This document shows positions 10,127 through 19,220 of a stretch of 64,000 bases of DNA, piece by piece. The notes beneath the pieces are model-generated. The model saw nothing but the letters and a program-made list of their open reading frames with translations, had not been told where the DNA came from and ran no database searches. The DNA is from an uncultured Oceanospirillaceae bacterium. GTDB taxonomy: Bacteria; Pseudomonadota; Gammaproteobacteria; Pseudomonadales; Balneatricaceae. Position numbers and translations under genes: made by a program. Positions within the stretch are counted from its first letter, which is position 1, and each line of letters opens with the position of its first letter. Where the stretch lies: the NCBI GenBank assembly GCA_964022265.1, contig CAXHZX010000001.1:22244-86243 (forward strand). Reading direction: 5' to 3'.

Positions 10127-11785
10127 TTAAGCAAGCTTCTTATACTTAACCCTTGTAGGCTGATGATCCTTACCTGTGCGAGAGCGATAATCCTCAGCAT
10201 ACTCTGAATAATTACCCGCAAAGAAGGTCACTTTAGAATCGCCTTCATAGGCTAGTGTGTGAGTGCACACTCTGTCCAAGAACCACCTGTCGTGAGAGAT
10301 AACAATAGCCGCACCAGGGAATGCGAGTAAAGCTTCTTCTAGGGCACGCAAAGTTTCTACGTCTAGATCATTGGTTGGTTCGTCTAACAACAAGACATTA
10401 CCACCCTGCTTTAAAAGCTTGGCAAGGTGCAAACGATTGCGCTCACCACCTGATAGATCTTTCACAAACTTTTGCTGATCGTTGCCTTTAAAATTAAAAC
10501 GACCCGCATAAGCTCTTGAAGGCACTTGATAGCTGCCCACTGTAATAATGTCTTGGCCGTCAGAAAGCTCTTCCCAAACCGTCTTTGAGCCATCTAACTC
10601 GCGTGATTGATCAACATGAGCAAGCTCTACCGTTTCACCAATGTCGATGCTACCAGAGTCAGGTTGCTCCGCGCCGGTCAGCATTTTAAACAAGGTTGAT
10701 TTGCCCGCACCGTTGCCGCCAACCACACCCACAATAGCACCTTGAGGCATACTAAATTCCAGGCCATCAACTAGCATTTTGTCACCAAAAGCTTTGCTTA
10801 CCCCCGACACATTAATGACCTTATCACCTAAACGTGGGCCAGGTGGAATGTAAATTTCAGATGTTTCGTTTCTTTCTTGGAACTCACGGGAGCTTAATTC
10901 TTCAAAGCGAGCCAAACGCGCTTTAGACTTTGCTTGACGACCCTTTGCATTGGTGCGAACCCAATCTAACTCTGATTTAACTGCCTTCTCATGTGAGGCC
11001 TGTTGGCGCCCTTCTTGAACCAAGCGTGCTTCTTTTTGCTCAAGCCATGACGAATAATTACCTTCATATGGGATACCGTGACCACGGTCTAACTCTAAAA
11101 TCCAACCCGCCGCATTATCTAAGAAATAACGATCGTGAGTGATAGCCACTACGGTGCCATTGTAATCGACTAAGAAACGCTCTAGCCATGCCACAGATTC
11201 AGCATCCAAATGGTTAGTAGGCTCATCCAATAGCAGCATGTCAGGTTTGTTTAACAATAAACGACACAAAGCCACACGGCGCCTTTCACCACCTGATAAG
11301 TGCACTACATTCTCATCCCAACCCGGCAGACGCAGGGCTTCTGCAGCCACCTCTAAGGTGCGCTCCAAGTTATGCGCGTCGGTGGCCTGAATGATGTCTT
11401 CAAGTTTGGCTTGCTGCGCAGCTAAGGCATCAAAATCTGCATCAGGTTCAGCATAAGCTGCATAGACAGCATCTAATGCTGATAAAGCGTTTTTAGCTTC
11501 AGCCACTCCTTCCTCTACAACCTCACGCACGGTTTTGGAATCATCTAACTGAGGCTCTTGCTCAAGATAACCGACATTAATGCCAGGCTGAGGGCGCGCT
11601 TCACCATTATATTCTGTGTCTACCCCTGCCATAATTTTTAGCAAGCTAGACTTACCCGAACCGTTTAAACCCAGTACGCCAATTTTGGCTCCTGGAAAAA
11701 ACGACAAGGAGATGTCTTTCAAAATTTCACGTTTAGGCGGCACCACTTTACCAACCCGATTCATCGTATACACAAACTGTGCCAT
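10127..11785 (-). CDS. ettA: energy-dependent translational throttle protein EttA (ABC-F)
   Basis: N-terminus MAQFVYTMNRVGKVVPPKR. Two Walker A motifs (GLNGSGKS, GGNGAGKS) and two ABC signatures (LSGGERRRV, LSGGERNRL). Colinear with E. coli YjjK. Confidence 0.93.
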   Translation of the reverse strand: MAQFVYTMNRVGKVVPPKREILKDISLSFFPGAKIGVLGLNGSGKSSLLKIMAGVDTEYNGEARPQPGINVGYLEQEPQLDDSKTVREVVEEGVAEAKNALSALDAVYAAYAEPDADFDALAAQQAKLEDIIQATDAHNLERTLEVAAEALRLPGWDENVVHLSGGERRRVALCRLLLNKPDMLLLDEPTNHLDAESVAWLERFLVDYNGTVVAITHDRYFLDNAAGWILELDRGHGIPYEGNYSSWLEQKEARLVQEGRQQASHEKAVKSELDWVRTNAKGRQAKSKARLARFEELSSREFQERNETSEIYIPPGPRLGDKVINVSGVSKAFGDKMLVDGLEFSMPQGAIVGVVGGNGAGKSTLFKMLTGAEQPDSGSIDIGETVELAHVDQSRELDGSKTVWEELSDGQDIITVGSYQVPSRAYAGRFNFKGNDQQKFVKDLSGGERNRLHLAKLLKQGGNVLLLDEPTNDLDVETLRALEEALLAFPGAAIVISHDRWFLDRVCTHTLAYEGDSKVTFFAGNYSEYAEDYRSRTGKDHQPTRVKYKKLA

Positions 11786-11953
11786 TAGATTTCCTGATCA
11801 ATTCAAATATAAGGCTATTATACCCAAAGATATCAATAAAAGGGGGAGCTTAAGCATGATAGAATTTAGCCAAGTGGCGGCTTGAAATTCAGTTGGTAGC
11901 CCCCACTAACAAACAGTATTGTTTTTGTTATTGTTTACATTTAAGGATCCACT

Positions 11954-12544
11954 GTGCCTACTACCTATGTCGCTTCATCACTGCTACCCACCCCTTTTGG
12001 CACCTTTGATATGCATGGCTTTACAGACAGTGAAACAGGTAAAGAACACGTTGCACTGAGCATGGGTAACTTACATGAAGGCGAACATATCCTTGCGCGT
12101 TTACACTCAGAATGTTTAACAGGTGATGCTTTATTTAGCATGCGCTGTGATTGCGGTTATCAGTTAGAAGAAGCTCTAAAACGCATTGCTAAAGAAGGCA
12201 AAGGGGTCGTGCTTTATTTACGCCAAGAAGGTCGCGGTATCGGACTAATCAATAAAATCAGGGCTTACAACCTCCAAGATCAGGGCGCAGACACTGTAGA
12301 GGCGAATGAAAAACTTGGCTTTGGTGCTGACCTACGCGAATACTCCATGGCCAAAGATATGCTGAACCACCTGCAAGTTAAATCGGTGCAGTTGATGACC
12401 AACAACCCCCGCAAGATTAAAGCGCTAATGGATTTGGGTATCAATGTAGATGAACGCCAAGCCCTTGAAGTGGGTAAAAACAGTCATAACGAAGACTATT
12501 TGGCCATCAAAGTGAGTAAATTAGATCATCTAATCGGCCAGTAA
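11954..12544 (+). CDS. ribA: GTP cyclohydrolase II (monofunctional)
   Basis: 196 aa, colinear with E. coli RibA: [48 protein letters not shown] start. Confidence 0.92.
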   Translation: MPTTYVASSLLPTPFGTFDMHGFTDSETGKEHVALSMGNLHEGEHILARLHSECLTGDALFSMRCDCGYQLEEALKRIAKEGKGVVLYLRQEGRGIGLINKIRAYNLQDQGADTVEANEKLGFGADLREYSMAKDMLNHLQVKSVQLMTNNPRKIKALMDLGINVDERQALEVGKNSHNEDYLAIKVSKLDHLIGQ

Positions 12545-14326
12545 AGAAGCCTGCCAAAGCTCAATTTTTTCTTTCATAAGCGGCTCTGATAAGCCTGTGG
12601 CATGCAACACCTGTGCTCTAGTGCCATGGGCTAATGCAGTATCTTCATGGCCTAGGCTTAGCAGTTTCACACTTGAGTTTTGCAATGCCAGGAACTGCGC
12701 AACAGCAGAACCTGCTCCGCCTATCACGCTGTGATCTTCAATGGTTACAAACCCTTGATGTTGTTTTAGCAAGTCTTCTAGCATGTGTTCATCAAGCGGC
12801 TTCACAAAACGCATATCTACCAAGGTTGCATCTAGGGCACTGGCTATATTTTGAGCACTCTCTAATAAGGCGCCAAAATTTAATATAGCAATGCCAAGCG
12901 GCTTGCCTGACTGACGCAATAAATTGGCTTTGCCAAGCTCTATTGCTTTTACACTGTGGCTAAAAACCAATGCCTCACCACGCGGATAACGAACTGCAGC
13001 AGGGCCTTTATGGTGATAACCAAAATCTAACATAGCACTCGTTTCACAAGCGCAGCTTGGCGCCATAATGACCATGTTAGGCAAACAACGAAGAAAGGCC
13101 AGGTCATACGCACCCGTATGTGTGGCGCCATCTTCACCCACAACACCAGCGCGATCAATGGCGAGCAAAATATCCAAATCCTGCAGCACAATGTCGTGAA
13201 TGAGCTGATCATAGCCACGCTGCAAAAAGGTAGAGTAAATCGCCACAACAGGTTTGGCACCCTCACACGCCATGCCAGCTGCCAAGGTGAGTGCATGCTG
13301 CTCGGCAATGGCCACATCAAACAAACGTGATTCAAACTCTTGAGCAAATGTAGCCAAGCCTGAACCCCCAACCATCGCGGGAGTAATCGCCATTAAACGC
13401 TGATCATCTTTGGCTTTGTTACAAATCCACTGGCCAAAAATTTGAGCAAAGGTTTGGCCTTTTTTGGAGGCTGCTGTGGCTTTAGTCGGCTTTACCGGAT
13501 CAATTTTGGAAAGCGCATGATAAGCCACAGGATCATTTTCAGCCGCCGCATAGCCTTTGCCCTTTAAGGTTCGAAGGTGCAATAACTTTGGCCCTTTTAC
13601 GCTTAGCATGTGGCTCAAAGCTTTCATTAAAGCGTCTAAATCGTTGCCATCGATGACACCATGATAAGTAAAACCCAGCGCTGTAAACCACTGCGAAGGG
13701 CCGCCTGAACCTTGCTGATCATCTAAGAAAGTAGCTAATCCACCCAGGTTTTCATCAATCGCCATGTCATTGTCATTCACAATGATCAATGCATTTGCCT
13801 GGCAGTGGGCCATATGATTAAGCGCTTCAAAAGCCATGCCTGCTGTTAAAGCACCATCGCCAATCACAGCAACATGATTGGCCTGTGTATTTTTGGTTGC
13901 TAAAACCATGCCAAGTAAAGCGCTGATTGAAGTGCTGGCATGACCAACACCAAATGCATCAAAGGGGCTTTCGCTGCGCTTTGGAAAAGGTGATAGGCCA
14001 GAGGCTTTGCGCATCGTAAGCATTTCGCGCTTTCTACCGGTGAGCATTTTATGCGGATAGGCTTGATGACCGACATCCCAAATCAACCGGTCATTAGGTG
14101 TGTCTAATAAATAATGTAGAACGATACTAAGTTCGACCACGCCTAGGCCTGCACCCAGATGCCCACCGGTTTTGCCAACGCTGTACAAAAGTGACAGACG
14201 CAGCTCATAAGCCAGTTGTGGCAGATGTTCTTGGCTTAGTTTGCGCAAATCACTGACCCCATCCACTTGATCTAACAAGGGGGTAGATGGAGGCTGAGTT
14301 GGAATATCTAATATCAAAGGAAACAT
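12530..14326 (-). CDS. dxs: 1-deoxy-D-xylulose-5-phosphate synthase
   Basis: [20 protein letters not shown], the [18 protein letters not shown] motif, and DVAIAEQHA. Confidence 0.95.
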   Translation of the reverse strand: MFPLILDIPTQPPSTPLLDQVDGVSDLRKLSQEHLPQLAYELRLSLLYSVGKTGGHLGAGLGVVELSIVLHYLLDTPNDRLIWDVGHQAYPHKMLTGRKREMLTMRKASGLSPFPKRSESPFDAFGVGHASTSISALLGMVLATKNTQANHVAVIGDGALTAGMAFEALNHMAHCQANALIIVNDNDMAIDENLGGLATFLDDQQGSGGPSQWFTALGFTYHGVIDGNDLDALMKALSHMLSVKGPKLLHLRTLKGKGYAAAENDPVAYHALSKIDPVKPTKATAASKKGQTFAQIFGQWICNKAKDDQRLMAITPAMVGGSGLATFAQEFESRLFDVAIAEQHALTLAAGMACEGAKPVVAIYSTFLQRGYDQLIHDIVLQDLDILLAIDRAGVVGEDGATHTGAYDLAFLRCLPNMVIMAPSCACETSAMLDFGYHHKGPAAVRYPRGEALVFSHSVKAIELGKANLLRQSGKPLGIAILNFGALLESAQNIASALDATLVDMRFVKPLDEHMLEDLLKQHQGFVTIEDHSVIGGAGSAVAQFLALQNSSVKLLSLGHEDTALAHGTRAQVLHATGLSEPLMKEKIELWQASLLAD

Positions 14327-14330
14327 GAGT

Positions 14331-15227
14331 TTAGAACTTTCGATTGACTATAAAATCAGCAAGCCAAGACAATGGCGCTGCTTGATCACCAAAACCTTGC
14401 AAACATTGCTGAGCCTGCTGATGTAATTGATGCAAATGCTTTTTGGCTTCGGCCATCCCTAAAATAGATGGATAAGTGGATTTGTCATTAACAATATCTG
14501 ATCCTTGAGCTTTACCTAAGGTTTGAGTATCACTTTCAATGTCTAAAATATCGTCTTGTACTTGAAACGCCAACCCAATCGCCTTGGCATATTGGGTTAA
14601 GCACTGCATTTGTAGATCAGTGACATCAACTTTAGCTAATGCGCCTATTTCTATACTAGCCACGATTAATGCCCCAGTTTTTAGGCCGTGAAGCTTCTCT
14701 AGCTCAGACAAACTAACGCTCTTTTTTTCAGCTGCCATGTCTAACATTTGACCTGCAACCATGCCACTTGCACCCGAAGCTCTAGCCAAACAACGGACCA
14801 TAGCCAAGCATTGGGTACTGGTTATCAAAGGGCTTTTCGCTTTCACCAACATTTCAAAGGCAAAGGCTTGCAAAGCATCGCCTGCTAGAATGGCGGTGGC
14901 TTCATCAAAAGCTATATGACAAGTGGGTTGGCCTCTGCGCAGGGCATCATCATCCATCGCAGGCAAGTCGTCATGAATTAAAGAATAAGCATGAATCGCC
15001 TCTACCGCGGCCGCTAAATAATCTAGCCCATCGTGCTCGACATTCAGAGCACCCGCAGCGCCATATACCAAAGCTGCTCGCACTCGCTTGCCACCTTGAG
15101 CTGCGCTATAGGCCATGGCTTGAGACAAGCTTTGGCTTACATTTTGCTGCTCAATTTCTAGCTTAAGTATGTGCTCAACGCGAGTTTTGGAATGATCTAA
15201 AAAATCGCCCAGTGATTCAAATTGCAA
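14331..15227 (-). CDS. ispA: (2E,6E)-farnesyl diphosphate synthase
   Basis: Two Asp-rich motifs: LIHDDLPAMDDD and FQVQDDILD. Confidence 0.93.
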   Translation of the reverse strand: MQFESLGDFLDHSKTRVEHILKLEIEQQNVSQSLSQAMAYSAAQGGKRVRAALVYGAAGALNVEHDGLDYLAAAVEAIHAYSLIHDDLPAMDDDALRRGQPTCHIAFDEATAILAGDALQAFAFEMLVKAKSPLITSTQCLAMVRCLARASGASGMVAGQMLDMAAEKKSVSLSELEKLHGLKTGALIVASIEIGALAKVDVTDLQMQCLTQYAKAIGLAFQVQDDILDIESDTQTLGKAQGSDIVNDKSTYPSILGMAEAKKHLHQLHQQAQQCLQGFGDQAAPLSWLADFIVNRKF

Positions 15228-15229
15228 GC

Positions 15230-15475
15230 TTATGGCTCCTTGTTAAACGGCTGTTCAATAACTCGCCCTTGGGCATCTTGCATCAACACATTTACTTTTT
15301 GTTCAGCTTGCGCCAAAGCCTTCTGGCAGCCACGAGTTAAACCAATGCCAAGCTCAAACGCTGCTAAAGATTCTTCTAGGGTCAAGTCGCCCTTCTCCAT
15401 TTGTTGCACCAAAGCTTCTAGCTGCGCTAACGAAGCTTCAAAATCAAAGGCACTTTTAGTCGTCTCTTTTGTCAT
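15230..15475 (-). CDS. xseB: exodeoxyribonuclease VII small subunit
   Basis: 81 aa with [26 protein letters not shown]; in the canonical xseB-ispA-dxs order. Confidence 0.9.
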   Translation of the reverse strand: MTKETTKSAFDFEASLAQLEALVQQMEKGDLTLEESLAAFELGIGLTRGCQKALAQAEQKVNVLMQDAQGRVIEQPFNKEP

Positions 15476-15477
15476 CG

Positions 15478-16059
15478 CTATAGTCCTAGTACCAAGCCTC
15501 TTGGCATGCCAAACGCCGACGCTGCATATTGAATAACCAGCATGTCGACCAAGTTAATAATAATAAACACCAGAATAGGCGAAAAATCTAAACCACCCAA
15601 ATTGGGTAGCATGCGGCGCACAGGCGCCATCACAGGCTCTGTCAGTTGGTACAACAAGTGAGCAGCTGGATGGCGTGTTTGAGGCGCTAGCCAGCTTAGA
15701 ATAATGCCAATAATCACCGCGAAAAATAATAGATCTAAGGCTTGGGATAAAACCCCAACTAAGCTCCAAGCGCCTAAGATCAGTACATTTGGTGGGCTAA
15801 AACCTGCCATCAATAATACTAAAACGATCATCCCAAGCTGTACCAACACAGCCAACACTAAAGCTGGCAGACTGATTCTTGAAGTCCGGGGAAGAAACTT
15901 TTGCAAGCCTCCAACAAAAGGCTGCGTCACCTTCACAATAGCTTGAGCTATGGGGTTATAGAAGTCTGCTCTGACCAATTGCAACATGAACCTTACAATA
16001 ACAAGCATAAGATATAAGCCCATTACAGTTTGCACTAAAAAGATACCGGCATTTGCCAT
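15478..16059 (-). CDS. yggT: YggT family membrane protein
   Basis: 193 aa, multi-TM, duplicated YGGT-type halves. The stop lies 2 nt before the xseB start codon. Confidence 0.75.
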   Translation of the reverse strand: MANAGIFLVQTVMGLYLMLVIVRFMLQLVRADFYNPIAQAIVKVTQPFVGGLQKFLPRTSRISLPALVLAVLVQLGMIVLVLLMAGFSPPNVLILGAWSLVGVLSQALDLLFFAVIIGIILSWLAPQTRHPAAHLLYQLTEPVMAPVRRMLPNLGGLDFSPILVFIIINLVDMLVIQYAASAFGMPRGLVLGL

Positions 16060-16197
16060 GATTAAAAACGCTCTCTAAATACTGTGTTAAAAACGTGTTT
16101 AAGTGTCTCATATTGAATGCCTTCAAACCACCTGATAACACGCCAAAGCCTGACTTTGGGAAACCAATTGCAGATGCATAAAATCGCTCAGCTTTGA

Positions 16198-16234
16198 GTC
16201 GTTTTACAATTGGAAATCTTAAATTGTAAACGAC
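16198..16234. repeat. 13/14-bp inverted repeat in the yggT / DUF4426 divergent intergenic region
   Basis: gtcgttttacaatt (16198-16211) against aattgtaaacgac (16222-16234), with a 10-nt spacer and one bulged T. Confidence 0.7.
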
Positions 16235-16325
16235 GCCCGTTGTGGCTTTTACTTTTGTAGTTCAATCGCGCACAATTAAAGCGTTTTTTACGCTTTATAG
16301 ATTTATGCATTTACACGGGAACAAC

Positions 16326-16793
16326 ATGTACTTTATACGCCATTTTTTACGCCATTCTAATGCCAAATTGCTACCTACCTTGGCTGCAATACTTTTTATG
16401 TTCACGCCCTTGTCTTACGCTGAGCAATTGATTGAAAGCGACAAGTATGAGATTCACTACAATGCCTTTAACACCATGATCGTGCCATCGGATACAGCAC
16501 AAACTTATGGTTTTACAAGAGCTAGAAATAGAGCTTTACTGAACATATCAGTCCTTGACAGAGCTACAAAAACACCACTTTCAGCAGTCGTTTCAGGCAC
16601 TAGAAGCAACATTGTGGGACAAGTACTGCCGCTGGAATTTCAAAAAATAAAAGAGGCGAATGCTATTTATTACATTGCCCAGCTGCGCTTTAGTGAGGCT
16701 GAATTGTGGCGCTTTGACCTTAGCATACAGCCCAATTTAGATGAGGACCCGATTCCTTTAAAGTTTAATCAAACTTTTTATCTGGAACAGTGA
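16326..16793 (+). CDS. DUF4426 domain-containing periplasmic protein
   Basis: Signal-peptide-like N-terminus (LLPTLAAILFMFTPLSYA) followed by YEIHYNAFNT..., as I recall for the PA0388-type family. ATG 16326 (GGGAA upstream) is preferred over the GTG at 16242. Confidence 0.7.
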   Translation: MYFIRHFLRHSNAKLLPTLAAILFMFTPLSYAEQLIESDKYEIHYNAFNTMIVPSDTAQTYGFTRARNRALLNISVLDRATKTPLSAVVSGTRSNIVGQVLPLEFQKIKEANAIYYIAQLRFSEAELWRFDLSIQPNLDEDPIPLKFNQTFYLEQ

Positions 16794-16794
16794 T

Positions 16795-17949
16795 CTACTC
16801 AAAATAGCCAAGCAAATCATTCAAAAACCGCCATCCCAAAGGGGTGGCTTGTAGCCTATTCGGCTCCATCAAGCCTTTTTGCGTGGCTAACTGTACCAAG
16901 GCTTCTACCCTTTTAAAGGGCTGTCCTGTTTGGCTGGCATAAGTTTTGTAGCTAACACCTTGCTTTAGCCGCAAAGCATTCATAAAAAACTCTAGTTTTA
17001 ATTCATCTTGACTCACCAGATGACTCATGGCTAACGGTGAGATCGCATCCATATAAGCCTTGGGTTGTCGAAGTTTCACACTTCGATTGATCACCATCGC
17101 CCCATCATCAATATGGCTCAGCTTGCCATGGGCGCCCGCGCCTACACCGATGTAATCACCAAATTGCCAATAATTGAGGTTGTGCCTCGCTTCGCTACCT
17201 GGCTTTGAGTAGGCCGATATTTCATACTGCGCTAGAGACGCTTTGGATATTAAAGCTTGGCCTTGATCTTGAATATCAAAAAGTATTTCTTCTTCGGGCA
17301 AATTTGGCGGTTGGCTATAAAACTGTGTATTAGGCTCTATAGTCAGCTGATACCAGGATAGGTGATCAGTCCCAAAAGATAACCCTTGCTCTAAGTCGTC
17401 TAGGCCTTGTTGCAACGTTTGGCCTGGCAAACCATGCATAAGGTCTATGTTAATGCGTTTAAAACCAATTGATTGTGCTTTAGCAATGGCTAACTGTGCT
17501 TGGCCTGAGTTATGAATTCTACCCAGAGCTGATAAGCATTCATCATTAAAACTTTGCACACCAATAGAGAGCCTATTGATTCCCTGTTCTAGAAAACCTG
17601 CAAACTTTGCCTGCTCAAAAGTGCCAGGGTTTGCCTCTAAGGTCACCTCCATGTCTTGGTCACAGCTAATGTTGTGTTTCACAAAGGCTAGGATTTCTCC
17701 AATGCCTTGGGCACTCATTAAGCTTGGAGTACCCCCACCAATAAATATACTGTGCAAACTACGGCCACTGACCTTTGCTAGCTCATGCGCTAAGTCTGCC
17801 TTAAGTGCCTGGATGTAAGCAGCTTCTGGAATACTTTCGCCCTGCTTGGTAGCGTGTGAATTAAAATCACAATAAGGACATTTACGCACGCACCAAGGAA
17901 TATGAATATAAAGGCTGAGCTTAGGAAGGGTGTTCAAAGAATGACTCAC
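16795..17949 (-). CDS. hemW: radical SAM family heme chaperone HemW
   Basis: CxxxCxxC radical-SAM motif (PWCVRKCPYCDF); HemN-like length without an N-terminal extension; downstream of rdgB, as in E. coli. Confidence 0.88.
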   Translation of the reverse strand: MSHSLNTLPKLSLYIHIPWCVRKCPYCDFNSHATKQGESIPEAAYIQALKADLAHELAKVSGRSLHSIFIGGGTPSLMSAQGIGEILAFVKHNISCDQDMEVTLEANPGTFEQAKFAGFLEQGINRLSIGVQSFNDECLSALGRIHNSGQAQLAIAKAQSIGFKRINIDLMHGLPGQTLQQGLDDLEQGLSFGTDHLSWYQLTIEPNTQFYSQPPNLPEEEILFDIQDQGQALISKASLAQYEISAYSKPGSEARHNLNYWQFGDYIGVGAGAHGKLSHIDDGAMVINRSVKLRQPKAYMDAISPLAMSHLVSQDELKLEFFMNALRLKQGVSYKTYASQTGQPFKRVEALVQLATQKGLMEPNRLQATPLGWRFLNDLLGYFE

Positions 17950-17954
17950 GAAGG

Positions 17955-18560
17955 TTAAGTTTTTGAGAGGGCACTTTGCAATTGAGCTAAGGCTTTTCCG
18001 CGATGACTAATGGCTATTTTTTCTTCAGGAGAAAGCTGCGCGGCTCGGCAATTTTTTTCAACAACATGGAAAATAGGGTCATAGCCAAAGCCATAATCAC
18101 CAAGTGGTTGGTCCATAATCACACCTTCTAAAGAAGCCTGACAGATTAATGGGGTTGGGTCTTCGTAATGTCGCATGTAGACCAACACACACTGAAACCT
18201 GGCTGTCCTATCAGCCTGCGGTGTGGTTTGAAGGTCGGCGACAAGCTTGTCACAATTGGCAGCATCTTTGGCCTGAGCTGTTAAAGATGACTGCGCATAA
18301 CGCGCTGAGTAAATGCCAGGGGCACCATCCAAGGCATCAACTTCAAGGCCCGAGTCATCAGCAAGGGCTGGCATACCTGAGGCTTTGGCTGCGTGGCGGG
18401 CCTTTAAAATTGCATTTTCAACAAAACTAAGGCCAGTTTCTTCTATTTCTTCGGTGATAAATTTGCTTTGCGGAATCAATTCAATATTTACTGCCGATAA
18501 ACGCTGACCGAACTCTTTTAATTTGCCAGCATTAGAGCTGGCTAAAACGACCTGTTTCAT
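17955..18560 (-). CDS. rdgB: dITP/XTP pyrophosphatase
   Basis: ASSNAGKLKEF, ADDSGLEVDALDGAPGIYSARY and FGYDPIF motifs. Confidence 0.92.
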   Translation of the reverse strand: MKQVVLASSNAGKLKEFGQRLSAVNIELIPQSKFITEEIEETGLSFVENAILKARHAAKASGMPALADDSGLEVDALDGAPGIYSARYAQSSLTAQAKDAANCDKLVADLQTTPQADRTARFQCVLVYMRHYEDPTPLICQASLEGVIMDQPLGDYGFGYDPIFHVVEKNCRAAQLSPEEKIAISHRGKALAQLQSALSKT

Positions 18561-18590
18561 GATGTAGCCTTACAAGAAATAACTGGAATA

Positions 18591-19205
18591 TTAGGAAGCG
18601 ACACAAACCCACAGAATGAGAGCGTCCTCTACACTGGTTGAAACCACAGCGTGGCCCATGGTGCTGTCAAAATAAGTACTATCACCCTCACTCAGCGCCA
18701 GAGGTTCATATTCTTCGGTGTAGACTAACACATCGCCTTCTAGAACCAGCAATAACTCCTCGCCTTCATGGCGTACCCAGCCACCAAACTGTTCCAAATT
18801 TCGAGCCCGAACCCTACTTTTAAAGGGCACCATGCGCTTTGAATCTAGCTCTGTTGCTAAAAGCTCGTGTTCATAAGTTGCGGTGAGGTGCTCACGGCCC
18901 TGCTGCTTTTTAGTGACGCTTCGCCTGCCTGAAATGCGTATCTCTTTCACCGGAGCAAACAGTTGAGGCATATCAATACCAAGGCCAAGAGCCAACTTTT
19001 GCATCAAGTTAAAAGTAGGGGAAAGCTGGTTGTTTTCCATTTTGGAAAGCGTAGATTGCGCCACACCCGTTAATTGGCTGGCCTGTTGCAAGGTCATTTT
19101 TTTGCCCTGGCGCAATGCTCTTAAGCGCTGGCCAAAGTCCTCTTGTGCTGAGAGTGCGTTACTAACCGGTGGCAATATTCCAGCTTCTGGGCGCAATGTA
19201 GACAT
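18591..19205 (-). CDS. XRE-family HTH transcriptional regulator with C-terminal cupin domain
   Basis: N-terminal HTH (LRALRQGKKMTLQQASQLTGVAQSTLSKMENNQ). The C-terminal beta-barrel segment (WVRHEGEELLLVLEGDV...GDSTYFDSTMGH) is typical of cupin sensors. Confidence 0.8.
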   Translation of the reverse strand: MSTLRPEAGILPPVSNALSAQEDFGQRLRALRQGKKMTLQQASQLTGVAQSTLSKMENNQLSPTFNLMQKLALGLGIDMPQLFAPVKEIRISGRRSVTKKQQGREHLTATYEHELLATELDSKRMVPFKSRVRARNLEQFGGWVRHEGEELLLVLEGDVLVYTEEYEPLALSEGDSTYFDSTMGHAVVSTSVEDALILWVCVAS

Positions 19206-19220
19206 TTTCTCTTCCTACTA

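Noticed and set aside
11616-11885. 89-aa plus-strand ORF spanning the ettA 5' end; also 15222-15536, 104 aa
   Set aside because: Both are antisense to the best-conserved N-terminal parts of ettA and of xseB/yggT, and neither has translation signals.
11786-11953. FMN (RFN) riboswitch upstream of ribA
   Set aside because: The gap is only 168 bp and is shared with the ettA promoter. None of the conserved RFN core strings or the multi-stem junction are evident.
16242-16325. GTG-initiated 183-aa version of the DUF4426 ORF
   Set aside because: The extension contains a hairpin (16277-16297) and no signal peptide. ATG 16326 gives a normal signal sequence and an SD-like GGGAA.
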